A DNA stretch of 55,592 bases, counting the filler, from Barthelona sp. PAP020 (taxonomy: Eukaryota): assembly GCA_040182905.1 (NCBI GenBank). It is 3 parts of 3 records of this genome, joined end to end, with 100 filler letters (N's around TTAATTAATTAA, not from the genome) between each part and the next. Parts side by side here need not be neighbours in the genome. Positions count along the whole stretch, not along the records: positions 18,803 to 37,281 come from JARQWU010000226.1; 2 more parts are not named here. One strand, given 5' to 3'. The position numbers and the translations under genes were made by a program. The stretch's first letter is position 1. Every line of letters starts with the position of its first letter. Positions 19,875 through 30,294 of this stretch are shown piece after piece. Under the pieces are notes generated by a model. That model saw only the letters and a program-made list of their open reading frames with translations. It was not told the DNA's origin and made no database searches.

Positions 19875-20226
19875 TTTTTTCGCTTGTTTCTTTCTGTATT
19901 TTGGCTATAAGTTACATTTTGTGGTTGATTGTGTACTTAAATATTTTCAATCAATTTTAAAAAAAAATTGTCCTTTTTTTTGTTGAACAAACTTTGTCAA
20001 TTATGACTGTATCAAATTTTTTAGTTATTTTTGCATTTTATTTAATTTTTCGTGTATATTTCCTTTCTATAAATATTTTTATTGTATTATTATTGTATTG
20101 GATGATTGAAGAAAATGGCAATTACACTGGATAACGCCAAAACAAAAACTAAACAGTTTGAATGAAAAAAAAAATTGTCAGAAATGTCTTATTTTACTTG
20201 ATCATAAGATAAAATTACCGATAAAA

Positions 20227-20742
20227 TTAGAAACGAAGCTTACGGAAAAAGAACTTTTCACCAGCCATGGCAGTGTTCTTTCCAATGCTTTGATATACAG
20301 CATTGAAATATTCACTTAAATTTTTCATAATAACCTTGCGAGAATCAGCGTTGACTTCTTTAGCCTTGGGGAGAGCAGGACACTTGGTAGCATCAACTTC
20401 TTTATCAAGATCAATCATGTAACGAGTAGGCATAACATGTTGAAGATTAACAACTTTGACAAAAGGTTTGACTCTTGAACGCTTTTCCATCTTTTCCTTG
20501 GACATATCTTTGTTAAGGGATAAAGGATAACGATCAATACCAGCAACAACAATGTGACCATAACGACGGTTCTTAGTTCCGGTAACTTGAGGTACTAAAG
20601 TTAGTATTTGTAAAACAAATAAAAGGGAAATAATAGAAAAGAATCACATCAACATATTATCTACGATAACAGCCTTGCGTCCGGCATAACGACCAGCGAG
20701 AAGAATAACAATTCTACCAGTTTTCAAGAGAGCTGGAGACAT
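20227..20742 (-). CDS. RPL27: 60S ribosomal protein L27 (eL27); two exons 20742-20661 and 20594-20227, 149 aa
   Basis: Exon 1 encodes MSPALLKTGRIVILLAGRYAGRKAVIV. Exon 2 encodes PQVTGTKNRRYGHIVVAGIDRYP...KRSRVKPFVKVVN-QHVMPTRY...FFFRKLRF. The gene is certain; the donor position is inferred. Confidence 0.93.
20595..20660 (-). other. 66-nt intron of RPL27, apparent AT...AG boundaries
   Basis: Begins ATAATATG and ends TACTAACTTTAG. This join restores both the frame and homolog spacing. Confidence 0.65.
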
Positions 20743-20877
20743 TTCGATAAAATGACAAGAGAAAGAAAAAATAAAATTATTTCCAAACTTTTTTTTCAAA
20801 CTTCATTTTACCCAAATGTTTTTTTATCTTTTAGGGTCTTTATTTTTTTTAAATATTGTTTATTCTAAACAGATATT

Positions 20878-21050
20878 GATCAAGCGACATCCTGTTATAT
20901 TTATTATAGCCTTTATGATGTGTCAGTGGATCTCAAAAACTATAGTTTTCCTTTGGGTTGAGTTATGCTCCCCTTATAGGTCATTCATATATTCCAGAGC
21001 ACTGTGGAGGTCCTAGCGGCTGTTGAAGCTTGTGCTAAACCATATGAATG
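20878..21050. ncRNA. Candidate structured non-coding RNA, family unknown
   Basis: GC-richer intergenic island with three consecutive foldable domains (20878-20932, 20940-20979, 20982-21050). Confidence 0.35.
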
Positions 21051-21159
21051 TTATTCTTCATTCTTCAATCATAATTCTTCTTATAATACTTTTGTAAAAT
21101 GAAATTTTTATTTCCTCCAAAATTCTAAAAATAAAAAATAAATACTCTTTAAGATGTCT

Positions 21160-22083
21160 TTATTCTCGCTCTAATAAGTTGTTGACTTTGGTATAAAATT
21201 CGGTGGCTAATTCTTCATTGGAAAAACGTATCAAGAAAGAGAAGATTTGGGTTTCATCATTTGTTCCTTTATCGGGATAAGATATAGTAACGCATTTTTT
21301 TTGTTTTTCGGATGGTTTTATTGCTAAGTGCTTGTTGACAACAACATTAATAAGAATTTTCTTGATAGTTGTTTCTCTAACAAGAATTCTGTTGATTTTT
21401 TGGTTATCTTCCATTACGGTGGATAATTTTAAGGGACCAACACCTCTTTTAAACCAATTTGGCTTTTCGTCCCCTTCTAAATCGGTTGCATTCCATTGAA
21501 ATACCATAGTCTTGGTCTCAAATAGAATTTCATCATTTTCTTCACCAGTCTTAACATCTTCTACCTTTTTAAAGTTACTGTCTACCTTGGTTTCAACTGA
21601 TTTTTGTTCAGTACCAGTTTTTTTCAATTTGGCAAATGGATTGGAAAATTTCTTTGCCGATTCATCAGCATCAGTTTTTTTCGGTAATCCTGAACCAGAA
21701 CTACCACTGCTTTTAAGGAAAGGATTTTTGAAAGGATTTTGAAAACTTTCTTTCTTCTTTGTAAATAATGGCTTTTTAACTGGTTTCTCTTCTTCTTTTT
21801 TTTCTTCTTCAACCATTTTTTCTTCATTAGCTTCTTCTTCCTCCAGTTTTTCACTTTCAGTTTCCTCAACTATCTCTTTCTTTTGCTCAGCTGGATTTTC
21901 ATGAACTGTACCGCTTCCTCCAATAGGATCAGCTCCTTTAACACTGGCATCAACAACACCTTCCTTTTTAATTTCAGGATTTTTTTCAATATTGCGTTTA
22001 AGAGTTGCTTTTAATTTGCTGTTAACTTTTCCTGTTGGAACACGTATTGTTGATAAATCAACTTTTGTTGGAAGGTTGGGCAT
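21160..22083 (-). CDS. Ran-binding domain protein (RanBP1/RanBP3/Nup50-like)
   Basis: VKTGEENDEILF, W-KRGVG-LKL, RILVRE and FLIRF. Repeated NPF motifs upstream. Confidence 0.85.
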   Translation of the reverse strand: MPNLPTKVDLSTIRVPTGKVNSKLKATLKRNIEKNPEIKKEGVVDASVKGADPIGGSGTVHENPAEQKKEIVEETESEKLEEEEANEEKMVEEEKKEEEKPVKKPLFTKKKESFQNPFKNPFLKSSGSSGSGLPKKTDADESAKKFSNPFAKLKKTGTEQKSVETKVDSNFKKVEDVKTGEENDEILFETKTMVFQWNATDLEGDEKPNWFKRGVGPLKLSTVMEDNQKINRILVRETTIKKILINVVVNKHLAIKPSEKQKKCVTISYPDKGTNDETQIFSFLIRFSNEELATEFYTKVNNLLERE

Positions 22084-22216
22084 TTAATAAAAAAACAAAC
22101 AAAATATCAAAAATTTAATCTCTATTTTATTCTTCAATTTCAGGTTGAATTTGAAAAAGAAAACAATACATTTAAGGAATAAAGCATACCAAAAATATGA
22201 GATATTTATATATGTG

Positions 22217-22915
22217 TTAAATGTCGTCATCTTCCAAAGGTTGACGCTTAAGCATTAAAAAATTGTCATCAATCAAAAAAGTATCCACAGTGGATGATTT
22301 TTCATGACTTTTTTTCAAATATTCCAAATATTCTGCTTCTTTCTTTTGATTTTCTTTGATAATTTTAATTTTCTCTTTTTTCAACAAGTTATTTAACTTC
22401 TTAACATCTAATTGATACAAAGGAGAAACTCTGGTAGAAAGACCTTTTAATTCAAATGAAAATCTATCAAGCAAAGTTGGAAGTGTCAAACCTAACACAA
22501 TAGATTCTTCAAATAGAGATTGAATAAAAGAATCAACAGTGGAACGAATAAAACCATTTTGAGTACGAATTCTAACATATCGAAAATCGCTTAAAACGGG
22601 TTCCAATTCATGAAAAACATTATTACTTTGGTCTATTAATCTTAAATATAAAGATCCAAGACAACGAACATATTTAAACTTATAGTTTTGAATAAACTCA
22701 ACTGCAATCTCTTTACTCACATCAAGATACAACATATGAAATAGAAAACATATAAATGGTGTTGGTTTGTTGTAAACTGAATAAGTAGAACCAATATACT
22801 TTAACTTCATGGCTTTTTTCAAAAGATCCAATTCATTGAGTCCAAAACATTCTGTTTTGTAAAAGGTCGAGTTAATAATTCGTGTTTTCAATACATTATG
22901 AATGCCAGGAAACAT
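22217..22915 (-). CDS. PRP38: Pre-mRNA splicing factor Prp38
   Basis: TRII-S-FYKTECFGL, KPTPFIC, FKYVRCLGSLYLRL and LEP-LSDFR. Confidence 0.88.
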   Translation of the reverse strand: MFPGIHNVLKTRIINSTFYKTECFGLNELDLLKKAMKLKYIGSTYSVYNKPTPFICFLFHMLYLDVSKEIAVEFIQNYKFKYVRCLGSLYLRLIDQSNNVFHELEPVLSDFRYVRIRTQNGFIRSTVDSFIQSLFEESIVLGLTLPTLLDRFSFELKGLSTRVSPLYQLDVKKLNNLLKKEKIKIIKENQKKEAEYLEYLKKSHEKSSTVDTFLIDDNFLMLKRQPLEDDDI

Positions 22916-23049
22916 ATATTTGAAAATATGCTACAAAAAAAAGTTATATGAAATCTTAAACAAAAAAAACATGGTGATACATTTACAAGACTAAAGTTCA
23001 AAAAAAAAGAACCAACAAAAGAACAATAAAAGGTTATGAGAACCAAATA

Positions 23050-26000
23050 CTAGCGTGAGGATGAACTTCTTCTTTTTCTGATCGAACCACTGCTGTTAGA
23101 ATGACTCATTCTTGAGCTGATATTAGTAATTGAACCCTTTCTCGAGGTGCTATTCTTCAAAGGGGGAAGATTAGCATTGTTGCCAATACTTAAAGCCCCA
23201 AGACTACCCATGGTATTTTTGTTTGATGAAGTTGAAGGATTGGTATTCGTAATCAATCTTCTTTGAGTATTTTTTGTATTTAAAACCGCAACGGGATCCA
23301 CTATTCCTGCATTGGGTTGACGACCAAAGATTTTTGTATAGCTTTCATCCCTGTTAATAAGCTCTAACTGGAAATACTTCATATCTTCTCTTGTTTGAAC
23401 CAATTCCTTTTCTGTTGCTTCTAATAACTTTTTTAATTCTGAAATTGTTTGTAAGTCTTCTGGTTTTGAACTTCTTTGTAGATATTTTGTTTTCCACTCT
23501 TCAGTAATTTCCTCAAATTGTCTGCATCTTTCTTCCATTTGATTTGATGCTTCAACAAATTGATTATTTAACTCGTTTAGTTCTATTTCATGAAGTTTGT
23601 TCAACTCAATTTCCTTAAGCTTAAATTCTTTGTTTTTCAACAATAATTCTTGTTCATGAAGTCGAGTTTGCTCATCGAGTTGCAGTTTAAAACTTTGTTC
23701 CTGCTCAATCAAACGTTCTTTCAATGCTTTGAGCTGAAGCTCCAACTCATCCCCATTTTTCTCAAAATTAATCAGTTGAGTAGATTTTCTGTTTAATTCA
23801 TCCAATATCTTATTGTAATCTGTTTCATATTGCAACTTTAACGATCTCTTTGCCTCTGTAAATTCTTCCTGTAAAGAACTTTTCAAAAGTTCCATGGATT
23901 GTTCATTTTCTTTTCCAATTTTACGAATATCGTCTAAATGGTCAGCTTTCAACAAATTTATTTGTTTTTCAAATGCATATTTTTGGGTTTTCAATTCCTG
24001 CTGATATTTATCTGCTGTTTCTTTCAGAATTTTTTTTTGTTCTTCTGATAAATCTGAAATCAATGCTTTATGCTCTTTTTCAAGGTCTTTCATCTTGTGT
24101 TCAAAATCTTCAAGTAATTGTTGTTCTTTTTTCTCAAAAGATGTCCTCATTTTTTCTAATTCATCATTTTGCTTTGTACGCAAAGCTTCGAGATTATTGA
24201 ACCCATTTGTTTCACTGTTTAAAACTTGAGCTTGCATTTCTTTGATCATATCTTCATATTGCTGTATTGATGCTTTATAATTGGTTTCTTGAGTCGCTAA
24301 CTGATGTTTCAATAAATTTTCACGATCTTTTGATGCATTACGTTCCTTTTGTATATTTTCTTCAACATTAATTCCATTATGCTCAAGTTGTTTGATCTTA
24401 TTTTTAAGTTCAAGTATATCATTTGAAAGTGCTCTTTGTATTTCAGTCATTTTTGTTTCAAATTCTCTTTTTTCAGTCTGAACAAGCTTGTTGTTTTGTT
24501 TTTGTCTATCTAATTCACTTTCTAAATCTTCATATTTAGCTTGATATTCATCAACAACCAAAGTTAAACGATCAATCTCAAGTTTAGCTTCATTAATTTC
24601 AGTTGATTTTCCAACAACAGCAGCTTTCAATGATTGGACTTCATCTGAACTCATTGCAGCTCTTGTTGATAATTCAGTTTCAAAACTATTGTTTTTCTCT
24701 TGTAAATTGAAAATTTCACTTTTCAAATCATCAACAATTTGTTTCAGCTTATCCAACTGTTCATTTAAATCATGATTCTTATTCAATAACAATTTATTTT
24801 GATCTTCCAAATCAACTGAACGTTTTTGTATCAGATCACCATCACCCATCAAACGACTCAATTCTTTTGCATTCTCTATTTCCAAATCATGAAGTGTTTT
24901 ATCATGTTCATTCTTTAAAAGCTCCAATTTATTATCATATTGCGATTTAACGGTGATGATTTCATTTTGCAATTGAAGAATCAAATCCTTTGCTTCCATA
25001 AACTGAGAATTTACGCTAGAATTTACAATTTTTAAGTTATTAAATTCTTCATCAGAATGTACTAGTTTCAAATTCAGAGTTTCAATTTGCTTCTTTAAAT
25101 CATCAGACAATATTTCATATTTAGACAGTTCATTTATCAATTCTTCTTTTGTAGTGTTCCATTGTAATTGTCTCTTCATCCAACTAGAACGTTCAACTTC
25201 TATTTCACTCACCAATTGCGAATTCTTTGAAGTCAATTCCATACATTCAACTTCAAGCTTTGTAATTAAACTTTTCTGTGCATCAATTGAATCAGACGCT
25301 CCATTTTTTGTATTTTTCAATTCCTTGATCAAATTCACTTCGTTCAATTTGCTTTTAGAAAGTTCATTATCAAGAGTCTCAAGCTTTGTTCTTAAATCTT
25401 GCAGTTCGCTTTCTCGTTGTATTTTCAAAGAATTTGATTCATTCAATTGATTTGTCAACTTCTCAATTTCCAAAAGAATATCATTTGTCTTCGCATTATT
25501 TAACCTCAAATCATCTGTCATTTTTTTCAATTGATTATCCTTCGCTGAAATTTCATTGATAAACTTCTCAATCTGTTCTGCTTTCAAATTCAAATCTTCT
25601 GTCAAATCCAAAATTGTTTGTGTTTTGTTGTCATTGGCATTTTCTTGCTCAGATTTGAGTAGGCTGATAGTACTTTCATATTTTTTTGTCAATTCATAAA
25701 TTTCTTTGTCTTTTACATCAATTAAACGTTGTTTTTCGGACTCTAGTAGATCTTCTAGCTCTACTTGCTTTGCTAAATTCTCTTTCAACATTTTGTTATA
25801 TTTTTGATTCGATTCAAGAACATGAGTTTCTAATTCTCTTTGATACTTTTCCTCCAAAGCAATGTTTAAACTACTTAAATCAGATTCCCGCTGCTTTAGT
25901 TGAGTTTTTAAAGCATCTTCAAATTGAACAGTTCGAGCTTCAAATTTCTTCACCAAATTTTCATATGATGTTTGTAACACTTGAAATTTTTCACTGGATT

Positions 26001-26346
26001 GCTTTCGAAATTTTCTTTCTTCACCATCAACATATGTTTTATAAGCTTCAAAATCTTTGACAAATTTATCTTTCTCTTTTTCATGATGATCTGTTAATTT
26101 AGTAATTGTTTCTTGTAATTTCATCTCCAAATTCATGTTTTCAAATATATTTTTAAATTCTGATATTTTTGTCGCAGAATCACTCAATATGTTCTTAATT
26201 TCCAATTCATAAGCTTCAGATATATCTTTTAACTCATCGGACATATCTTCTGTCTTTGAATTTAACACATATACAACTTTTGTCAATTGAGCAATTTTCT
26301 TGTTCATCCTCTTTTGTAAATTTTGAATATTTGTATTATCTGTCAT
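23050..26346 (-). CDS. FAM184-like coiled-coil protein
   Basis: N-terminal MNKKIAQLTKVVYVLNSK and C-terminal FQLELINRDESYTKIF-P-AG motifs are typical of FAM184. Confidence 0.8.
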   Translation of the reverse strand: MTDNTNIQNLQKRMNKKIAQLTKVVYVLNSKTEDMSDELKDISEAYELEIKNILSDSATKISEFKNIFENMNLEMKLQETITKLTDHHEKEKDKFVKDFEAYKTYVDGEERKFRKQSSEKFQVLQTSYENLVKKFEARTVQFEDALKTQLKQRESDLSSLNIALEEKYQRELETHVLESNQKYNKMLKENLAKQVELEDLLESEKQRLIDVKDKEIYELTKKYESTISLLKSEQENANDNKTQTILDLTEDLNLKAEQIEKFINEISAKDNQLKKMTDDLRLNNAKTNDILLEIEKLTNQLNESNSLKIQRESELQDLRTKLETLDNELSKSKLNEVNLIKELKNTKNGASDSIDAQKSLITKLEVECMELTSKNSQLVSEIEVERSSWMKRQLQWNTTKEELINELSKYEILSDDLKKQIETLNLKLVHSDEEFNNLKIVNSSVNSQFMEAKDLILQLQNEIITVKSQYDNKLELLKNEHDKTLHDLEIENAKELSRLMGDGDLIQKRSVDLEDQNKLLLNKNHDLNEQLDKLKQIVDDLKSEIFNLQEKNNSFETELSTRAAMSSDEVQSLKAAVVGKSTEINEAKLEIDRLTLVVDEYQAKYEDLESELDRQKQNNKLVQTEKREFETKMTEIQRALSNDILELKNKIKQLEHNGINVEENIQKERNASKDRENLLKHQLATQETNYKASIQQYEDMIKEMQAQVLNSETNGFNNLEALRTKQNDELEKMRTSFEKKEQQLLEDFEHKMKDLEKEHKALISDLSEEQKKILKETADKYQQELKTQKYAFEKQINLLKADHLDDIRKIGKENEQSMELLKSSLQEEFTEAKRSLKLQYETDYNKILDELNRKSTQLINFEKNGDELELQLKALKERLIEQEQSFKLQLDEQTRLHEQELLLKNKEFKLKEIELNKLHEIELNELNNQFVEASNQMEERCRQFEEITEEWKTKYLQRSSKPEDLQTISELKKLLEATEKELVQTREDMKYFQLELINRDESYTKIFGRQPNAGIVDPVAVLNTKNTQRRLITNTNPSTSSNKNTMGSLGALSIGNNANLPPLKNSTSRKGSITNISSRMSHSNSSGSIRKRRSSSSR

Positions 26347-26574
26347 TTTTTAAATCGAAAATAATACCTTGAAGGAAGAGGTGTCGGAATATTTAATGTT
26401 TTTTTAAAAAAAGTCAATAGATCTTTACTATCCAATTTCTTGTTCATAACTATCAGCGCATCAAAATAAAAAAACAGGGAAATCCTTAATCAAAAGGTTG
26501 AAGTGAAGTTGAACTTGATTTGAAATTGCAGTTGTAACATGTTTGTAATATCTTTTTTTCCACACAAATTTTGT

Positions 26575-28614
26575 ATGGAACCGGAAAATTATGTCATTGG
26601 AGTGATAATTGTAACAGTATACTTATATTTTGCGGCATCGAAACGATTTTATGGTTTGATTTGCAGAACTGGAATAATTGTTTTTTATATAGGAGCATTT
26701 GCCTTTTTATTTGGATTTACAGCGCAAGTGTTATTTGCTGCATGTAGAGCAAAAATACAATTAGCCATATTCAATTTGATATCTATTTCAGTTTTGTTAT
26801 GCATATTAGTTCATTCGTTATGCCTCACTGTTACAATGTTGCCCACATTATTAAAGAAATATTGGAATATTTGGTGGTTTATCACTGATCTAGAAGAAAA
26901 TTATGAATACGATTCAATGCGCAAAACTTTGTTGCGTATATTTTATCCAAAACCTCGATGGAGTAATGTCAAGGCATATGATCTTGCTATGATTGAAAAT
27001 GATGCAACAACAGACGAAGAAGAAGCTTTAACAAAGGCTTTTAATATTCCTTTTTACCACAATTGGTTTATTTATCGTGGAATGAAGAAAAAACGTGATT
27101 TGGTCTTAGATGCTGATATTTATCAATTTATGAACGCTGAACATGACATAATTCTTCGTTTTCTTGATAGACATCCTCTTATGGTTTGGATAATACATAT
27201 GAGTTTATCTGTTGTGTACTCATCTTACCAATTGATTTCTAACGGAAAATCTGGGATTCAATCATTTATTTATTGTGTTTTTGCCAATATAACAATTGTG
27301 GCAATGGTTTTGGCCGTTAGTTTGTTCATTAGAACGTTTAAATTGTTTTTGTTAAGGGGAAAAGCAATGTTTTTGAGTAAAGATCGTGATGATGTCATCA
27401 AAAAGATCTTTTTTATTGTCAATGTGGTTGTTGTATTTGTTACTAGCATGGTGTGGTTATTTACTGACACTTTTAAAACTAAATTCATGGGAATTTTTTT
27501 CTTGTTTGTTTATTCTTTCATGATTTTCCCATATACTCATCTTCTTTCGTCATTTACTGGAAGTTGGACCAGGTTGAAAGTAATTTTATTAGATGTTTTT
27601 GTTTTATTGTTCTTTTGGGTTTTGTTCCGATATGTCAGTGCTGCTAGTTATACAGATGGATATGTTTTAGAAGCTGGGGATAGTTTAAGTGCTGCAAACA
27701 AACTGATCTCTGATTGTAACATCAATTACCCACCTTTAGCAAAAAACGAGATGCCATCAGCACAAGAATATACATTTTGTCATGATGAAATTGTTGAAGG
27801 ATCTAATTTTACAAAAGTTGATATGTTAGCTTTTGCTAAACTTTCATATGTACCATATGCATATAAATATTATCGAAAACTTAGCAATTATGATTTTGAA
27901 AATGAAAAAACAGTTATCAATCACTTTGGCGCGTATTATAATGTATATTTTTCCAAAAAAATGAAGTTAACAATCATTAATGTTCGTGGAACGTTATCAA
28001 AAGTTGACTGGAATATGGATTTCCAAATGTTTGTGGAAGCTTTAATCGTACAAATCATCGAAAATGTTACCCCCGTTGGTAGCTATCTTCCTGAGGCATT
28101 TAAAAATGTTTTGATGAAAATTTTGCAATTTTCAACGGAAATCATGGCTTTTGATGATGTTGATTATTTCCCGGCTTTGAAACAAGAGGTATATCCTGCT
28201 GTTAAACGTGCCAGGGAACGTGGTGACATGATCTACTTTGTTGGACATTCATTAGGTGGTGCTTTAGCCAATTTATTGGCCGGTTATTATAAAGAGCAAT
28301 CAGTTAGTGTTTCGCCTGTTGGCAGTTTATTAACTAGAACAAGATATGACATAAATTTTGAGACAATGCTTCTCTCAAATGAGATGTTCATTCCCACTGA
28401 TGATTTTATTCCCATGATTGATAAAGCTTATGGAAACGTGCATACTATTTTGTGCAATGGAAGATTTGATGACATCATGTATTGTCATCATCTGGGTCGT
28501 ACAATGAGAGAAATTGGTGGTCGCTGCTCAAATCAAGATATGTATGATTATGGAGTATGGGATTTAGAAATAGATCCTGATGCAATGGGATATAACGAAT
28601 GCAGGAGCATATAA
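26575..28614 (+). CDS. Multi-pass membrane protein with C-terminal class 3 lipase domain
   Basis: Several hydrophobic helices, then VRGT, DW--D, VGHSLGGALA, DFIPMID and CHH. The start could be 26539. Confidence 0.85.
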   Translation: MEPENYVIGVIIVTVYLYFAASKRFYGLICRTGIIVFYIGAFAFLFGFTAQVLFAACRAKIQLAIFNLISISVLLCILVHSLCLTVTMLPTLLKKYWNIWWFITDLEENYEYDSMRKTLLRIFYPKPRWSNVKAYDLAMIENDATTDEEEALTKAFNIPFYHNWFIYRGMKKKRDLVLDADIYQFMNAEHDIILRFLDRHPLMVWIIHMSLSVVYSSYQLISNGKSGIQSFIYCVFANITIVAMVLAVSLFIRTFKLFLLRGKAMFLSKDRDDVIKKIFFIVNVVVVFVTSMVWLFTDTFKTKFMGIFFLFVYSFMIFPYTHLLSSFTGSWTRLKVILLDVFVLLFFWVLFRYVSAASYTDGYVLEAGDSLSAANKLISDCNINYPPLAKNEMPSAQEYTFCHDEIVEGSNFTKVDMLAFAKLSYVPYAYKYYRKLSNYDFENEKTVINHFGAYYNVYFSKKMKLTIINVRGTLSKVDWNMDFQMFVEALIVQIIENVTPVGSYLPEAFKNVLMKILQFSTEIMAFDDVDYFPALKQEVYPAVKRARERGDMIYFVGHSLGGALANLLAGYYKEQSVSVSPVGSLLTRTRYDINFETMLLSNEMFIPTDDFIPMIDKAYGNVHTILCNGRFDDIMYCHHLGRTMREIGGRCSNQDMYDYGVWDLEIDPDAMGYNECRSI

Positions 28615-28929
28615 ATTGTAAATATATAGGGATTTGTTTAATATTTTTTTTGGGTTGAAGTTTTATCAAAAGCTGTTAACCTATTTTATCAGTCGAAGCC
28701 ACAATATTTTTGTCAAAAAATAGAACCTATTTTTCTTTGGTCTTCAGATATTTTGATTGAAAAGAAGTTTCTGACAATAATGTGTTGTGTAAATAGTATA
28801 ATAATGGTCTATCTTAATCTCAGGTTTTATAAGTGTCCATTATGTGATGAAAATTGAAAGAAGAAAAGGGATTTGAGTAACAATAATTGAAACTTTCAGA
28901 TAATTAGGAAATATATATATTTATTTTGG

Positions 28930-29200
28930 GAATAACTGGTCCAACTGTGAAACATCAATATTTAGTAACAAAGAGAATACACTCAAAAAACTCATTCAAG
29001 AACATTTTAGTTGAAACTCCAAGGGAAGGTTGATGGAATGAAATGTCACTTGAACCATCAAGTACAAGATTTTCGGAGAAATTCTTCATTCTTATTTTTT
29101 TGATTTTAGCAAAAGCAATGTTTTAAAGCCTTAACTTTCCCAAAAAAATCTACAGTTTTTAAGCAATCTGGCTTTATCAAAGCATTTTGCTTCGAAATAA
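28930..29200 (+). repeat. Older, diverged copy of the repeat-family internal region (tandem with 29311-29637)
   Basis: Colinear, substitution-rich match to ~29311-29560 (ACTGGTCCAACTGTGAAAC vs ATTGGTCCAGTTGTGAAAC; CTCAAAAAACTCATTC vs CTCAGAAAACTCATTC). Confidence 0.75.
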
Positions 29201-29310
29201 ACTATCTTTTTTATTGGTCAAACGGAATTCTTTAATATTCATCTGTAAGAAGAAGTAATCAATAAATTCAACTAACTATTCAGTTCAAAGGTATTATCCG
29301 CAGGGATGAA

Positions 29311-29637
29311 ATAAATTGGTCCAGTTGTGAAACAACTATATTTATTTACAAAGAAAGTAAACTCAGAAAACTCATTCTAGCAAATTTCAGTCAAAATCCC
29401 AGGAGGGGAATTGAGGGTCTGAGATGTAATTGGAACGATCAAGTTTGAAAATTTTGGAAAAAGTTGCCATTCCTATCATTTTGTATTTTTGCAAAAGCAT
29501 AATTTTTAAGTTCAAACTTTACCTTAGAAAATCTGAAGTTTTCAACAGATCAATCGCGCCTCGAAAGCCTTTAACCAAATAAACACTATTCTTTTTTTAT
29601 TCACTCATACATACAGTGCTTTTTGGCTTGGAAATAA
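29311..29637 (+). repeat. Inverted-repeat family copy (left arm of palindrome)
   Basis: Matches ~38179-38429 and ends in CTTGGAAATAA. Confidence 0.9.
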
Positions 29638-29728
29638 ATGACAGTGTGTTAGGATGTACTTTCAATGAGGGAAGAAAAATAAAATAAAATAAAATAAAAT
29701 AAAATAAATTAATTAATTAATTAATTAA

Positions 29729-30041
29729 TTATTTCCAAGCCAAGAAGCACTGTGCGTATGAGTGAATAAAAAAGAATAGTGTTTATTTGGTTAAAGGCTT
29801 TCGAGGCGCGATTGATCTGTTGAAAACTTCAGATTTTCTAAGGTAAAGTTTGAACTTAAAAATTATGCTTTTGCACAAATACAAAATGATAGGAATGGCA
29901 ACTTTTTCCAAAATTTTCAAACTTGATGACCAAGATTCAATTGCAGCCACACATTTTCTACTGCTGAGATTTAATGAAATGAGTTTTCTGAGTTTAATTT
30001 CTTTCTAAATAAATATTGTTGTTTCACAACTAGACTAAATA
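29729..30041 (-). repeat. Inverted-repeat family copy (right arm of palindrome)
   Basis: 29729-29927 is a near-exact reverse complement of 29438-29637. ~29978-30041 is a diverged reverse complement of ~29312-29377. Confidence 0.9.
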
Positions 30042-30294
30042 AATTGGAAGAAAACATCAAAGGTCACCAAGAAGTTTTGTCACACACATGGAGAAAGAGA
30101 ATTTTCTTTGAAACTCATTGAGAAAACCAAATGTTGGAGAATTCAAATTTTGGTTATTTTTGATGAATATGTTTGAAATGAAGCAACAAATCAATTTTTT
30201 CAGTTTAACAATTTTCAAAATTAAAAAAGGTAAATTTTATTTTTTATTAACTTTGATTTCTTCTGTAATATAATATAAATGTAACAATTGCTTC

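Noticed and set aside
20878..20896. GATCAAG...CTGTT resembling U2 snRNA
   Set aside because: The essential GTAGTA branch-pairing sequence is absent.
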